64,000 nt of DNA. Origin: Podarcis tiliguerta. Its lineage: Eukaryota. The position numbers and the translations under genes are program-made. Each line of letters begins with the position of its first letter. The stretch's first letter is position 1. The notes under the pieces are model-generated. The model did not search any database and was not told where the DNA came from. It saw only the letters and a list, made by a program, of their open reading frames with translations. Positions 24,607 to 35,972 of this stretch are shown in pieces. Where the stretch lies: the NCBI GenBank assembly GCA_965153285.1, contig OZ229115.1. One strand, written 5' to 3'.

Positions 24607-26010
24607 CATCCCTTTCAGAACCCAAAACTGCACTCTCTGTATAAGCATACATTTTCTGCTTCAGTTACAGCAACTGGGTCTGCATCCGTTGCTTCCAGAA
24701 ATCAGCCTCTTCAAGCGAGCTATCTCAGTCTGGGTCTTATGGCTACCCATGTGACAGTGCTGGGGCTGCAGCATCCTTTGAGATGTAGAATTACAAAATG
24801 AGACTGTTGACCCAAGACCATTAAACAATGAGATGGAGAAGAGAAAGGAAATAATGTTTTATCAAATGATACTGTGGAGAATTTGGGGGTATCCAATAGC
24901 TTTTGAAGAGCCATTCTGATGCTTCAGGTTCTCTACTTAAAAGATGGGCACCCAGTCCCTCCAATATTCCACTATGTGAAAGTATCTCAGCCATGTGCTT
25001 TGATCTGACTATATTGCTTAATCCCAAATGTCTCCCTGGCAAATATTCCCACAGCCAGACCCTGATTCTCCTCTGTTTGAGATGAAGTAGGAAGCCCCAC
25101 CATGAATATTTGTATATCGTGAAGACCACTCTCTAGAGACATTGTTCTAGCATGAACCATAGATAATTTTAAAATACTTACTTCATAAGGTAAGCCTCAA
25201 CACAAAGGAAAGGGAGCTGTGTCAGCAGTGCCTCCCCCACCTGAAAAATCACTTTACTATAATAGCCACATTAGAAATTCCTACGTTTTACACGACCCAA
25301 ATACTTGACGTGTCCAGAGGGAGGGTGAGGTGAGGAAGAAGGGCGAAAAATTGCACGTCTTTGAACGGCAGTGTGAGAAGGATGGAATGCTTCTCCCACA
25401 TTTGACAACAGTGGCGGCACGTCACCACACACATATACACCATACACTCCATAGTCTGCAAGTGATTTTTGTGCACCCACCCAAGCCTATGCCCTCAGCC
25501 AAACTCAACCACCCCTTTCAAGATCCAAAACTCTCCTCTCTTTGTAACCATGTTTCTGTGTCCCAGTTCCAACATCTAGTCCACATCCGTTGATTCCAGA
25601 AACCAGCCTCTTCCAATAAGTTATCTCAATATGAACAGAGGAGTTTTGGAGACCCTGGAAACAGATACAATTCTCAAAGATGCTTCAGGATACAGTTGAT
25701 CTGAAATTGTTGAGCTCCTCTCAGATGAAGGAGAAAAGTGGGAAGGTTTACCGAATGATACTGTGGATAGTTTGGGTCATCCAATGGATTTTGAAGACCC
25801 AAGTTATTGTTATAGGTTCTCTACCTAGAAGATAGGCAAGCACACTCAAAATATTTCTATATGTGAAAGTGTATCTTTCTCTGATTCAACCATTATGCCC
25901 AGCAGACAGCAGTTCTCCAGCAATTGTTCCTACACAAACCCGCCCTCCCACCTTTGTATGGGATGAAGCAGGAAGCCCCACAAGGAGAATTTACATTCTG
26001 TGACTATCTG
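24607..26010 (-). repeat. Two diverged tandem copies of a ~500-bp unassigned sequence (24607-25130 and 25509-26010)
   Basis: Collinear shared blocks: CATCCGTTG(c/a)TTCCAGAAA(t/c)CAGCCTCTTC, AATGATACTGTGGA, TTTTGAAGA, AGGTTCTCTAC, TATGTGAAAGT, GATGAAG(t/c)AGGAAGCCCCAC. Confidence 0.85.
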
Positions 26011-28589
26011 GGGCTGTAGCCAGTCTTCCAGCATGAATCATGGAGAATTGAGAAGAATAAGAAAATCTCCAAGAGTGAAAACGAACAAAAAGAGGACACG
26101 GGGCTGCAGAACCCCATTACCATCTTCAAAACAAGAAGACTTCTGCAAGAACCATTTCTTGCTGGTCTGGAACAACCTTGTAGAGAACAAAGAAAGAAAG
26201 GATGCAAATCAAAAGCTGGGCACATCCCCAGAATCAGAAAAATGATGTCTGCTGTGCTATTTTGAGCTGAAGCCTGGGAAATGAAAACTCAGCCTGTCAT
26301 GTGGGTTTTCCCCCCTCCGTTCACCTCTCTGGCTGAGATTCACACACTACTTTAAAAATGAGTGGGGCCACGGATGCCATGTTGCTGATTGCAGGGTTGG
26401 GTTTCATCTTTCACTTGATCATAGGCTGCACCCAGTCACCCACAGTATCTACAGCAGGATGTCACCAATCTAAAAAGCTGAAGCATGCAAAGAACAGTGT
26501 ACAGGGAGAGCTGATTGTGTGAGGTTTTAACTGCTTTGGCACAAGCCATTACTTGTGCTGCTAGGCTTAGTGCAGAGGCAAGACTCTGGTAAGCGGTGAA
26601 TTGAGGAGAAGCCTGTTCCACCCCTATTCCAATCTGTACTATTACAAAGTATGTTTGGCATGTTATGGACCCAATGGGTGCTGCATAGGGAGGAAGAGAA
26701 CTGTCCTTTCCCAACCATTATACTATATCTAAGCAAGGTCCAGGGAAATTACTGTCTGGTGAGACCCGTTGACATCAGTGGTCCCCAAGCAGACTTTGTG
26801 AGTGGCAAGGATGGCAGAGCTGTGATCTGTGGTGGGCAGCTGCTTGTGAGGGCCCAGAATGGTGTAGCATTCTGGGAAAGAAAAGACTTTAGCAAAGAAG
26901 CAGTAAGGAGATGGTGAGCTTTGTGTGCTCGCTCTCAAAACAGGTGCCCGGGCCTCGCCACCTGCAAAAAGGGATGCGAGCCAAAATGGCCCTCCACTTT
27001 CGCGGTTTGCAAATTGGCCTGCAAAACTGGCCGGAAGGGAGAGCAATTTTTCTAAGTTCTACTACTTGCCAGTCGCAGGGGCTGATCTGGCACACCCCTT
27101 CTGTGTCTGAAAGCTCATAGGCTGCAACACCTATAGTTTCAGGTACGCTACAGTTTCAGGTCATGAGATTCTCAGTGGATGCTGCCCTGTTGTTAATAGC
27201 TAATGGCCAGCAAAGGCATATTTGGGAGCCAAACACTATTGCACAATGCCATGTATAGGGTTGCCAAGTTAAAAATACCAGTTCAGTGAGTGGAACTTAA
27301 CATGAGCAAGTGGGTGGAGCAGAGGTTGGGTTCTGGCAAGTTAGAAATGAAGGCCGCCCCTGCTGCTTGCTTCTTTTTTAAAGGCAAGGAGGGGCCTGGT
27401 GGGTCAAGGGGCAATCTGAAGAATCAGGCAAGGTACTGTATGTGGTGAATGTGGAGGCGGGGAATTTAATTCCCCTCAGTTTATTTAATAAAATACCTAG
27501 GTTATTTATCAGAATGCCAGATACTAAGCCAGAGGCAAAAACAATAAACAGAAGATTGGTTGTCAACCCTTAATAGTGAATTAAAGTAAGAGCCAAGGGA
27601 TGAAGCTGAAACAACTGTGCTTCTCTAGTTTTTTGACACCAACTTACAAAATGGCTGGATGTTCTCCACTTTAGAGAAAGGGATGGGGGTGGAGGAAGAA
27701 AACTGGACAACCTCTGAAGAATTTTTAAAATAGAAAATACATTTTTAAAAGACTAAAAGATGAAACAATAAAATAGTGGAAAATAAAAATGTGAAGCTTC
27801 ACAAAATTGCATGAGAGCATTTGTTATCTCTTATCACTAAGTACATCACAAAAAATGTCAGTGACGATTGTGACACCTGTGCAGTCACTTGCCACAAAGG
27901 AATCATAGTAAGAATGGTTGCAGAATCTAGGGGAGAATCACATTCTCCCAGGCATAAAATACTGCAATTTGTTGTGGGGAAATACAATATCTCTGCAGAT
28001 GAAATGCAACCTTTAGGACTACTGGAAAGAATAATTCTGGTCCCTAAGCGGAACCATACGGCAGATGGCAGTGCCTTGGACTGGCCTTAGGGGAGAGCCT
28101 GTTGCATTCCTGACGGCGTAGAAGTAATATCTAAAGCTTTATTTTGACCCCTGTGGTTAATGTTGGATTAGGGGATCAGCTGAACCTGTACTTGATTTTA
28201 GGTCAGCAGGGTGAAGAAACTAAACAGATAAGTGGGCACAAGAACAATCGCCACAGCTGTTGTTGCCATGTTGCTCTACTGTCACCCACCCTGACTGCCT
28301 CCAAAACCTGTGGGGAATGGCTAAAGAGGAAGGACATATATGTGCATTGCAGTCTCTAAAGCCGCTTCCAGACTTCCACTATTTTGCAGGTGGGATTCAA
28401 TTGCATAGTAGCAAAGCCAGGTGGATTTAATTTGCAATTAAAGTGGCTCTTGTACAACCCCTGCATTAGACTTTTTGCAATAAGGAAAGTGATGGGGAAA
28501 TGGACTGGAAAGTGTGGGATAGCAACATCAAACAAACCAGAACGAACACTCCATAACCAAGGCATCTGGTAGTGTCCACAGCAGCATGT

Positions 28590-28692
28590 GGGTGGCCATC
28601 TGTCGCAAATGCTTTAGCTAAGATTCCTGCATTGCAGAGGGTTGGACTAGATGACCTTTGGGGTCCCTTCCAACCAATTCTATGATTCTACG
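28590..28692 (+). mobile_element. CR1 extreme 3' tail
   Basis: TTCCTGCATTGCAGAGGGTTGGACTAGATGACC...GGTCCCTTCCAAC...ATTCTATGATTCTA octamer tail. Confidence 0.85.
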
Positions 28693-29806
28693 GTGTGAAA
28701 TGATGTGCTGAAACAGATAAGCATCCTCAATTCTTACTGCATTAGTGCTACGCAAAGCAGATCAAACAAGCCAGCATTATTTTTTTAAAAAATATAAGCG
28801 CCAACATTTTTTGTACAAAAGAACTTGGCAATTGGCCCACAAGGAAAATAAAGCAACCAGGCATTTCCTTCCAGGCTAGTTGGCAAACTTGAAGAAGATG
28901 TAAGCATTGTGCACAATGCATGAGAAATGCAAACATGTTGTGCTAAAAACTGTATGTAGGGAAAGGTAACCAAAACATCAGTGCAAAACATATTAACTTG
29001 AATATGAATACTGAATTGAAACCAGTAGCATTTACTACTGAATCAGAGAGCTGAGCTGTAGCACTACAAATGCAATTAAATTACTCAATTCATGTCAATT
29101 CCTCCTTTTTTCTTTTTTAATAGACAGAATCTAGACAATGTGATGCCTTGGAGAATAACAAGGTGGATTTACAGGAATATACTTAAAAATACACATTTGA
29201 GAGCTCTTTCCCTATTTGCATAAAACTTGCCACAGAGAACTCCCTAGAATTCACTATAAATAAGCTAAAGGGGCTTTCCACACCTCATTCAGCTTTTACA
29301 GTTTCTAGCTTAATTTGTCTACTTGCAACTGCTGTAGTGTGTAGAATATGAATGGGCAGATGATGGACAACTAGTTGATTTCTGGTGGATAACTTAGGGT
29401 TCACTGGTTGCTGGGATACTTGCAAAGAATGCTGGATCAGCTAGATTTTGATCTGATCCTTCGCCACACTTCTTATGTTATTTAAGTGTTATCTAAGTGT
29501 GCAATTAGGAACATATAAACAAAGATTACTGTTATGTCTCAATTGAGAAGAGATGCTTTACAACAAATACAGCTATGCACAAATGGCCTCTTTAAATTCT
29601 CCAGAGAAGTGGGTGGTTGGTGGGGGTGGGGGGAGGAAACAACATTTCACTGAATTTCCAGGGAAAGGAGAAATTATCCAACAGGAGTAAGTAGCACCGT
29701 GTCAGCTACTATATTGGCTTGACAGCTTGGCCACCATTTTGCATTCCCCACAATATTCTGGACATACAGTAATGTCATTCTGGAACTGTGAGAGAAAGAT
29801 GGTGGC

Positions 29807-29809
<3 letters not shown>

Positions 29810-29845
<36 letters not shown>
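29810..29845. repeat. (CA)n microsatellite
   Basis: About 18 uninterrupted CA units. Confidence 0.97.
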
Positions 29846-29848
<3 letters not shown>

Positions 29849-30524
29849 GGTGGAGAATATGGGGGGGGGGGAATCTGCCAAACATCTTCCTTTGCTGGGG
29901 GTGGGGTAAGAAAAACAAACATCAAAAATTTTCTCAGAAAAATGTATTCTGAGAAATGTTGTCACAGCTACTAGTTTTTAAAAGGTAGACCCAGCAAGAC
30001 TGAAGTCTGCCCGCTCCTGCTGCAGAGAAAACAAATAATAACCTATAGTTATGCTTTTCAAAAGGAGAGTCAGTTACATTTCTCAAGATGTCTTTTTCAC
30101 TCCAACAAATTGCTCTCACTGCAAATAAATATTGAGGATGGGGCATATTGATTGCTTCATCCGTACAACACCCCAAGCAAGATGTCACAATAGTGATGCA
30201 AGGATATTACATCACACCTCTGAAAGATCAGATGTACAATCCAGAGAAATGAGTACACAGCCTTTTTAAAAAAAAAAAAGGGAAGCAATATGTTCATAAA
30301 ATAATACAGCATTGCTAGGGTGGTTGAGGGAATCTTACTGTGTTTGCTTCTTTTAAAAATAAGGTTAAATGTGCATTCTCACATTTGAGGGATGCACTGA
30401 AGGAGCACTCACCCTCCAATAACAATGTAAAGCATTTTAAAATGCAATTTAAAAATGATAGTTGCTGTTTTATTCTTGTGCATTGCTTTGTGCAATCCCC
30501 TACATCCCTTGCGAAAGCAATATA

Positions 30525-30766
30525 CAGTGGTACCTCGGGTTAAGAACTTCATTCGTTCTGGAGGTCTGTTCTTAACCTGAAACTGTTCTTAACCTGAGGT
30601 ACCACTTTAGCTAATGGGGCCTCCTGCTGCCGCCGCACCACTGCTGTGTGATTTCTGTTCTCATCCTGAAGCAAAGTTCTTCACCCAAGGTACTATTTCA
30701 GGGTTAGCGGAGTCTGTAACTTGAAGCATCTGTAACCTGAAGCGTCTGTAAAGCAAGGTACCACTG
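30525..30766. mobile_element. Tc1/mariner (Tigger-like) MITE
   Basis: TA-CAGTGGTACCTCGGGTTA ... AAGCAAGGTACCACTG-TA. Also carries an internal copy of the TIR (AACCTGAGGTACCAC ~30591) and subterminal TCTGTAACYTGAAGC repeats. Confidence 0.88.
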
Positions 30767-30977
30767 TAAATGTGTTTCGTAGTTTTAAAAAAATCATTTT
30801 GTGTGTTCATTGGAGCCCTGTGTGCATGACTGCGTGTGCATTTCCTTTTTGCAGAGGAAAGCCAGCCACCTTTCTGAGTACCAGTACTTTTGTGAGTGAA
30901 GCTCACAAAATGATTGTGCCCGATCATTTTTTACTTTTTACTATTTTTTATGCCTTTCTGCTTTGGCAAAAAATGTG

Positions 30978-31008
30978 AATAAATAAACAAACAAACAAAC
31001 AAACAAAC
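30978..31008. repeat. (AAAT)n/(AAAC)n microsatellite
   Basis: aataaataaacaaacaaacaaacaaacaaac. Confidence 0.9.
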
Positions 31009-34000
31009 TTACTTTTGAAAGCCACAACATGGCTGTGGGTGTTCATAGGGCAGACAGAACTATGTCAGTGTAATGGGCAAGGTTTGGCTATTGTCCAAGA
31101 ATCACTTGCCACTGATGACGTCTCAGGCATGGGCACAGACAAAGTAGGGGGACCCTCTGGATCAAGTTAAACAATAGAAATACTTAACTAACTGACCAAT
31201 CATGTTGGTCCTGCCCCCCCCCCCTGCAAAAAGTCCTGCCCCCCTAACAAAAATTCTGGCTACACCCACAATCTCAAGTGCAATACAACCAGTGTCCATC
31301 ATGATAATGCATGGAGCTGCATTCCATGTTGCAATTGCATTACAGCAGCTAAGCTTAGGGATGGATCTCATGTTCCAAGGTACCAAATATCCTGCTTCAA
31401 ATGCTGAGAATATGCAATCTCCCTTGACGCAAAATGACTGCAGCCTGCCAGGCAAATCAGTCTGCAGACTTAGGAGTGGCTTAAAATGTTCTGCATGCTA
31501 TGGCGTAACATATCAAAGCAGCCATTCAGACGAAAAGTGAAAATCAGCCACCAGAAGTGACCAAACCCTGTCCCCCAAGGCCATTTGCTCATATTTTTAC
31601 ATAGGTAACATCCTGTGGCCATAGAGGTTGGTGTGATAGTGAGATGGCACTCACCTGACCCTCCTGAACCAGCTGAGCCAGGCAGCAGGGAGATCAGCGT
31701 GCTACAATTGTACCACCAGAGCTAATCCAGTGGATCGCAGCTAATGCCAAACACCATCACTGGGAGTGCACTGGAGACAGAGTAAATGGTTGTGTGTACA
31801 CAGCCAAAGGCTTCAATAACTAAATATAACAGGGGAAACATGATTTAAGACAAAACCCTGGGGGGTGAGGTGGCAGCAAACGTAGGTTTAGCAAAAATGG
31901 GTTGTAGAGGTTTTCTAGATGCACTGCAGTGGAAAGATATGTGGCAATAATGCCCTCTGCTCCATCTTTATTTGGATCGAGATCAATTTAAGGGAAAGGA
32001 AGTTGGTCTCTGCTGAAGGCTGTCCTTCAGGTCAGTTCACCACCTTGCAGTCCTTTAAGCTTCTTGGAAGCCAGCCTGTTTGCAGCTCAAAGCAAGACAA
32101 GGGGATGAACACAGCCTCCTCACCACTTAAAGGAGCTCATCCATACAGCTGTTTAATATGGCTAGGAAGCTTCCTATACCTCCATTAATTCTCCATTGTC
32201 TATAAGATGTTCTTCTCCAAATCACTGCCTTTCCACATTTTCCACTCCCTCAACCTGGATTTTCTTTTACTTCATTTCAGAGTATTCCTGGTATGGGAAT
32301 ATCTGGACTGAGGGAACAGAACATGTGGGAAGGCAGAGGAGAACGTCATATGGACAACAGATAATTAATGGAGGTAAGGAAAGCTTACTAGCTACATTAA
32401 ATAAGAATACAGTTGCGCACATGAATTCTTTGAGGGTGAGAACTAGCACATGTTCTTTGATTCATTCCCACCACACTAAATCCTAATCTTTTTTAAAAAA
32501 ATTCATGTAAGCTGCTTGGGGAGCCTTAAACAATTGAGTTGCAACTGTTCTCTGCTGTCTCCACCATTTTGGAGGATGTGGAGGGAAGCTGGGGTTGTTT
32601 GATTCCTGCATCCATCAGGGTTTTTTGCCATTGGTAGAAACAGAGTTCCATGCAGTTATTTGCTGTAATCTGTGGTGGAGGCACAGTTGTACTCTGCCAT
32701 CACCCCTGCATGTTGGCCAATTTCTTTAAGATGAGCATCGCAAACACCAGGGTCAGCCAAATACGTTTTGCTGCCTGAGGCAGAGCAGCAAATGGTGTCC
32801 CTTGTCCCCAAGGTGAGGTCAAATTATGCTGGCAGCTGAGGCAGAAAACCATGCAAGCCCTTTCCCCCACCCTTGGTATAAATAATAGTGGTAATAAATG
32901 TGCTAACAAGATGCTGCCCTTCTAAGATACACTAAATCAGTTGCCTGAATCACTCTGCTTAGCCGGAACCACGGCTGGGGGCAGGGAAGGAAGGTGTGAG
33001 AGGCAAATTAGCAGAGGAAAGTAGTAGATGGGGGCACTGCTGCCAGCTGCAATTTATCCCCCTGTTGCTGTTTTGCAAAGAAGAATCCATTAACAGAGTT
33101 TCAAGACACCAGGTGGCGACAGAATGTGTAGTTACACCCTTAAGGTGCAACCCTGAATGTACTTGCTAGGACCTGAGTCACCTGTCTAAGCAAATATGTT
33201 TTAGGATCCATCTGTCACTAAGTTGAAAGCAACAGGAAAGAGTATGAGGAATTACATTTTTATATATAACTAGGGTAGAAGACTTCTGCTTTTAATCATA
33301 AACTGGGAGTAAAACTTCCTGACCTCAGTTTTCAATAAAACGAGCATAGGCATAGCTATGTTAGCTTTCCCCTTCCGAGACAGCTAGGAAGTTCAGATCA
33401 GTCTTTTGTAGAGTCAGCTTCTTTGAGATGAGTGATCACCTGTGTCATCTCTTTGTGAAAATTTGTGGATTTACACAAATACAGACTGATGAGGAACGGT
33501 GATAAAGAAGACAGTAAGTAGATGGAGGGTCCAGAGTCTTAACAAGCTCCAGCCACACTAGCCTGCCTCAGTCAATAGAAATATTCATGGCATCAGTGCT
33601 GTCCCTAGGCATTTTGCTGTCTGAAGCAGAGCCCCAATTGGTACCCCTCCCCCTGCCGCCCCAAATCAAGGGCAAAGGATCCAAGGCTGGGCAAGATATT
33701 TTGGCACCGGGGGGGCGGGGGCGGGGGGGAGAGATCCCACAAGCACACCCCCTTCCTTGGCAGTAAAAATACAATAAACTAAATAAGTAACAATTTGCCA
33801 CCTTTTGATAATACTCAGAATCTGACTGCTCCACTCTCTCTAATGGAAGCGGGAGCCAGGAAGGGAGACATGTGATACAGTTCTTGCTAGTATGTACTAC
33901 TGCAGACTTCAGGGGAAGGGGTTGCAAATTTAATAAACAAGTAAATAACAAACAGCACACAGACAATTAGAATGCCAGGCAGAGAATTCCAACATAACCA

Positions 34001-34567
34001 TCCTTAATAGCAGTTTATACAAGCCATATACATCGCACCACCCTGCGCTTGGATGCAGTTCCGGGAATTACTTGAGAAAAAACTGCATGCAACTTCCACA
34101 TCACCAGATAGCTCAAATTACAGACAGTAAAATTTATTAATGAAGTGGAGGGTCCCACTCTGCATTAGTTATAGCTTGGGAAAATGTCGTTTTATTTTCC
34201 TCCCCATCAAAATATTTATTTAACTGGAATGGGGTGTTGAGATGAATTGATCTCTATAAACCTTTTGTGATCCTGTGCCCAAAGCAGAAAATTATAAATA
34301 ATATTACAAAACTACCTTTCTTTTTAAGAGTCATCTGGGGTATTTCCGACCCTAGTCTTCATAATATGATGATGATATGTGTGGGCTAGGTTTTCATGTT
34401 GATATATTAAGAAGTTTCATTATGATATGATTAATGATGTTTTAGTCATGCTTATAACAGGGAAGGATGAACAGAATGTGGACTCTGAGAACTTCATGAA
34501 GAGATGTCATGAGGCAGATTTCCTAATGGACATGGCTGTCATTTAAAGCCAGTGTCATTTAAACACA

Positions 34568-34823
34568 GAGAGCCAGTGTGGTGTAGTGGTTAAGAGTGGT
34601 GGACTTGTAATCTGGTGAACCGGGTTCGATTCCCCGCTCCTCCACATGCAGCTGCTGGGTGACCTTGGGCTAGTCACACTTCTCTCAAGTCTCTCAGCCT
34701 CACTCACCTCACAGAGTGTTTGTTGTGGGGGAGGAAGGGAAAGGAGATTGTTAGCCGCTTTGAGACTCCTTAGGGTAGCGATAAAGCGGGATATCAAATC
34801 CAAACTCTTCTTCTTCTTCTTCT
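34568..34823 (+). mobile_element. tRNA-derived SINE (Squam3-like, L2-type 3' end)
   Basis: Head GAGAGCCAGTGTGGTGTAGTGGTTAAG (box A), GGTTCGATTCC (box B), body ending GCCGCTTTGAG...AAAGCGGGATAT and a (TCT)n tail. Confidence 0.88.
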
Positions 34824-35910
34824 AAATTCCGAGATAGGGTTCAGAGTAGTCAACAGTCAAGAAAGCATTATTTCTTCTTGTTGATGTAATAGATGGAGTT
34901 TTATACCTATACTATAGAGCAAAGGTTTTCTTGCTTTGGTCCAGGGACAACTGGTTGAACTACCTAGCTTGGGGGAGTTTTATTATAACCATCTGGCAGT
35001 GGGAAAGAAAACTGTTCCTTCTCAGTCATGGATGCCCCTAGCTCTCTCACCACACCCCGACTTGATCTTAGCCAAAGGACAAATGTTGTGTTTATATACT
35101 GGTATGTCTGTACACAAAATGCTATGGCTGGAGGCGGATGCTGAAATGTCTGTCTATTTTTTTCTTTTTCAGTACAGACCGACTTTGTCACCAACGACTC
35201 ATAGCCAATGCAGTTCTTCCTGCAATATGTGTGGGACCACACAGCAGCATACCCTTAACGAGGGAGCGGGGATCCTTGTTCATTGCCAGGCTGTGTGTGT
35301 GTGTTGCTTGGTGCAGGCACACAGGAATGGAATCTGAAACTTCTCTTTTGCAGCACAAATAGATGGAATTTATTCTGTAGACAAAAAAAAAAAAAAGCAA
35401 AGTAAAGTAGAGATCATTTTTCTAATCCAGATCATCAGTGAGGACTATGCTTGCAGAATAGGCCACTGTATTTGATACCTGAATGTTGAGAAGAAAGACC
35501 ATTTTAACACTTGGGCTGTGTACACATTACCATCTTAAAATGCAGCTAGGCTGTTCTTTTTCTCAATATAGATCAAAGCTGGTCCGGGGTAAGGAGCATC
35601 AAAACGCAGTATTTAATAAGAAACGACAGGATAGATGTGAATTGTGCCTAGCGTCATGTGTTCACTGCTTCCCAAACCAGCAGTGGGGGTACGCTGGACA
35701 TAAATGGGGATGTGCGTAAACAGCCTTGTACTAATTCAAACCATGTTAGATAGTTAGGAGTCGCGTTGCTCACTGTTTGATTAGTTGCTGATATGCATGA
35801 TACATCTGTGATTACCTTCCTCCACAAAGCAAGGTTTGATTGTGAAATTTCTTGCAACTTGTAGGTGTAGGGGCCTCTGGCAATAATGAATCATAGTTCT
35901 TTCTGCTATA

Positions 35911-35972
35911 TTCTTCAGATACTCCATACATTCTTCAGATACTCCATACATTCTTCAGATACTCCATACATT
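35911..35972. repeat. Perfect 20-bp tandem repeat x3
   Basis: (TTCTTCAGATACTCCATACA)3 + TT, with no mismatches and no spacers. Confidence 0.97.

Noticed and set aside
24840-25110. Resemblance to viral polymerase motifs (WRIWGYP/GHP on +, FLLHL on -)
   Set aside because: Only 4-6 residues match, and the surrounding Mononegavirales L or hepadnaviral RT motifs (e.g. YMDD) are absent. Kept only as an unassigned duplication.
34568-34645. tRNA gene
   Set aside because: A/B boxes belong to the SINE head; it continues into a SINE body and tail rather than a cloverleaf with terminator.
35911-35972. Possible CRISPR array, or hammerhead array (minus strand contains CTGAAGA)
   Set aside because: Units are contiguous with no spacers, the context is eukaryotic, and there is no stem II or GAAA box.
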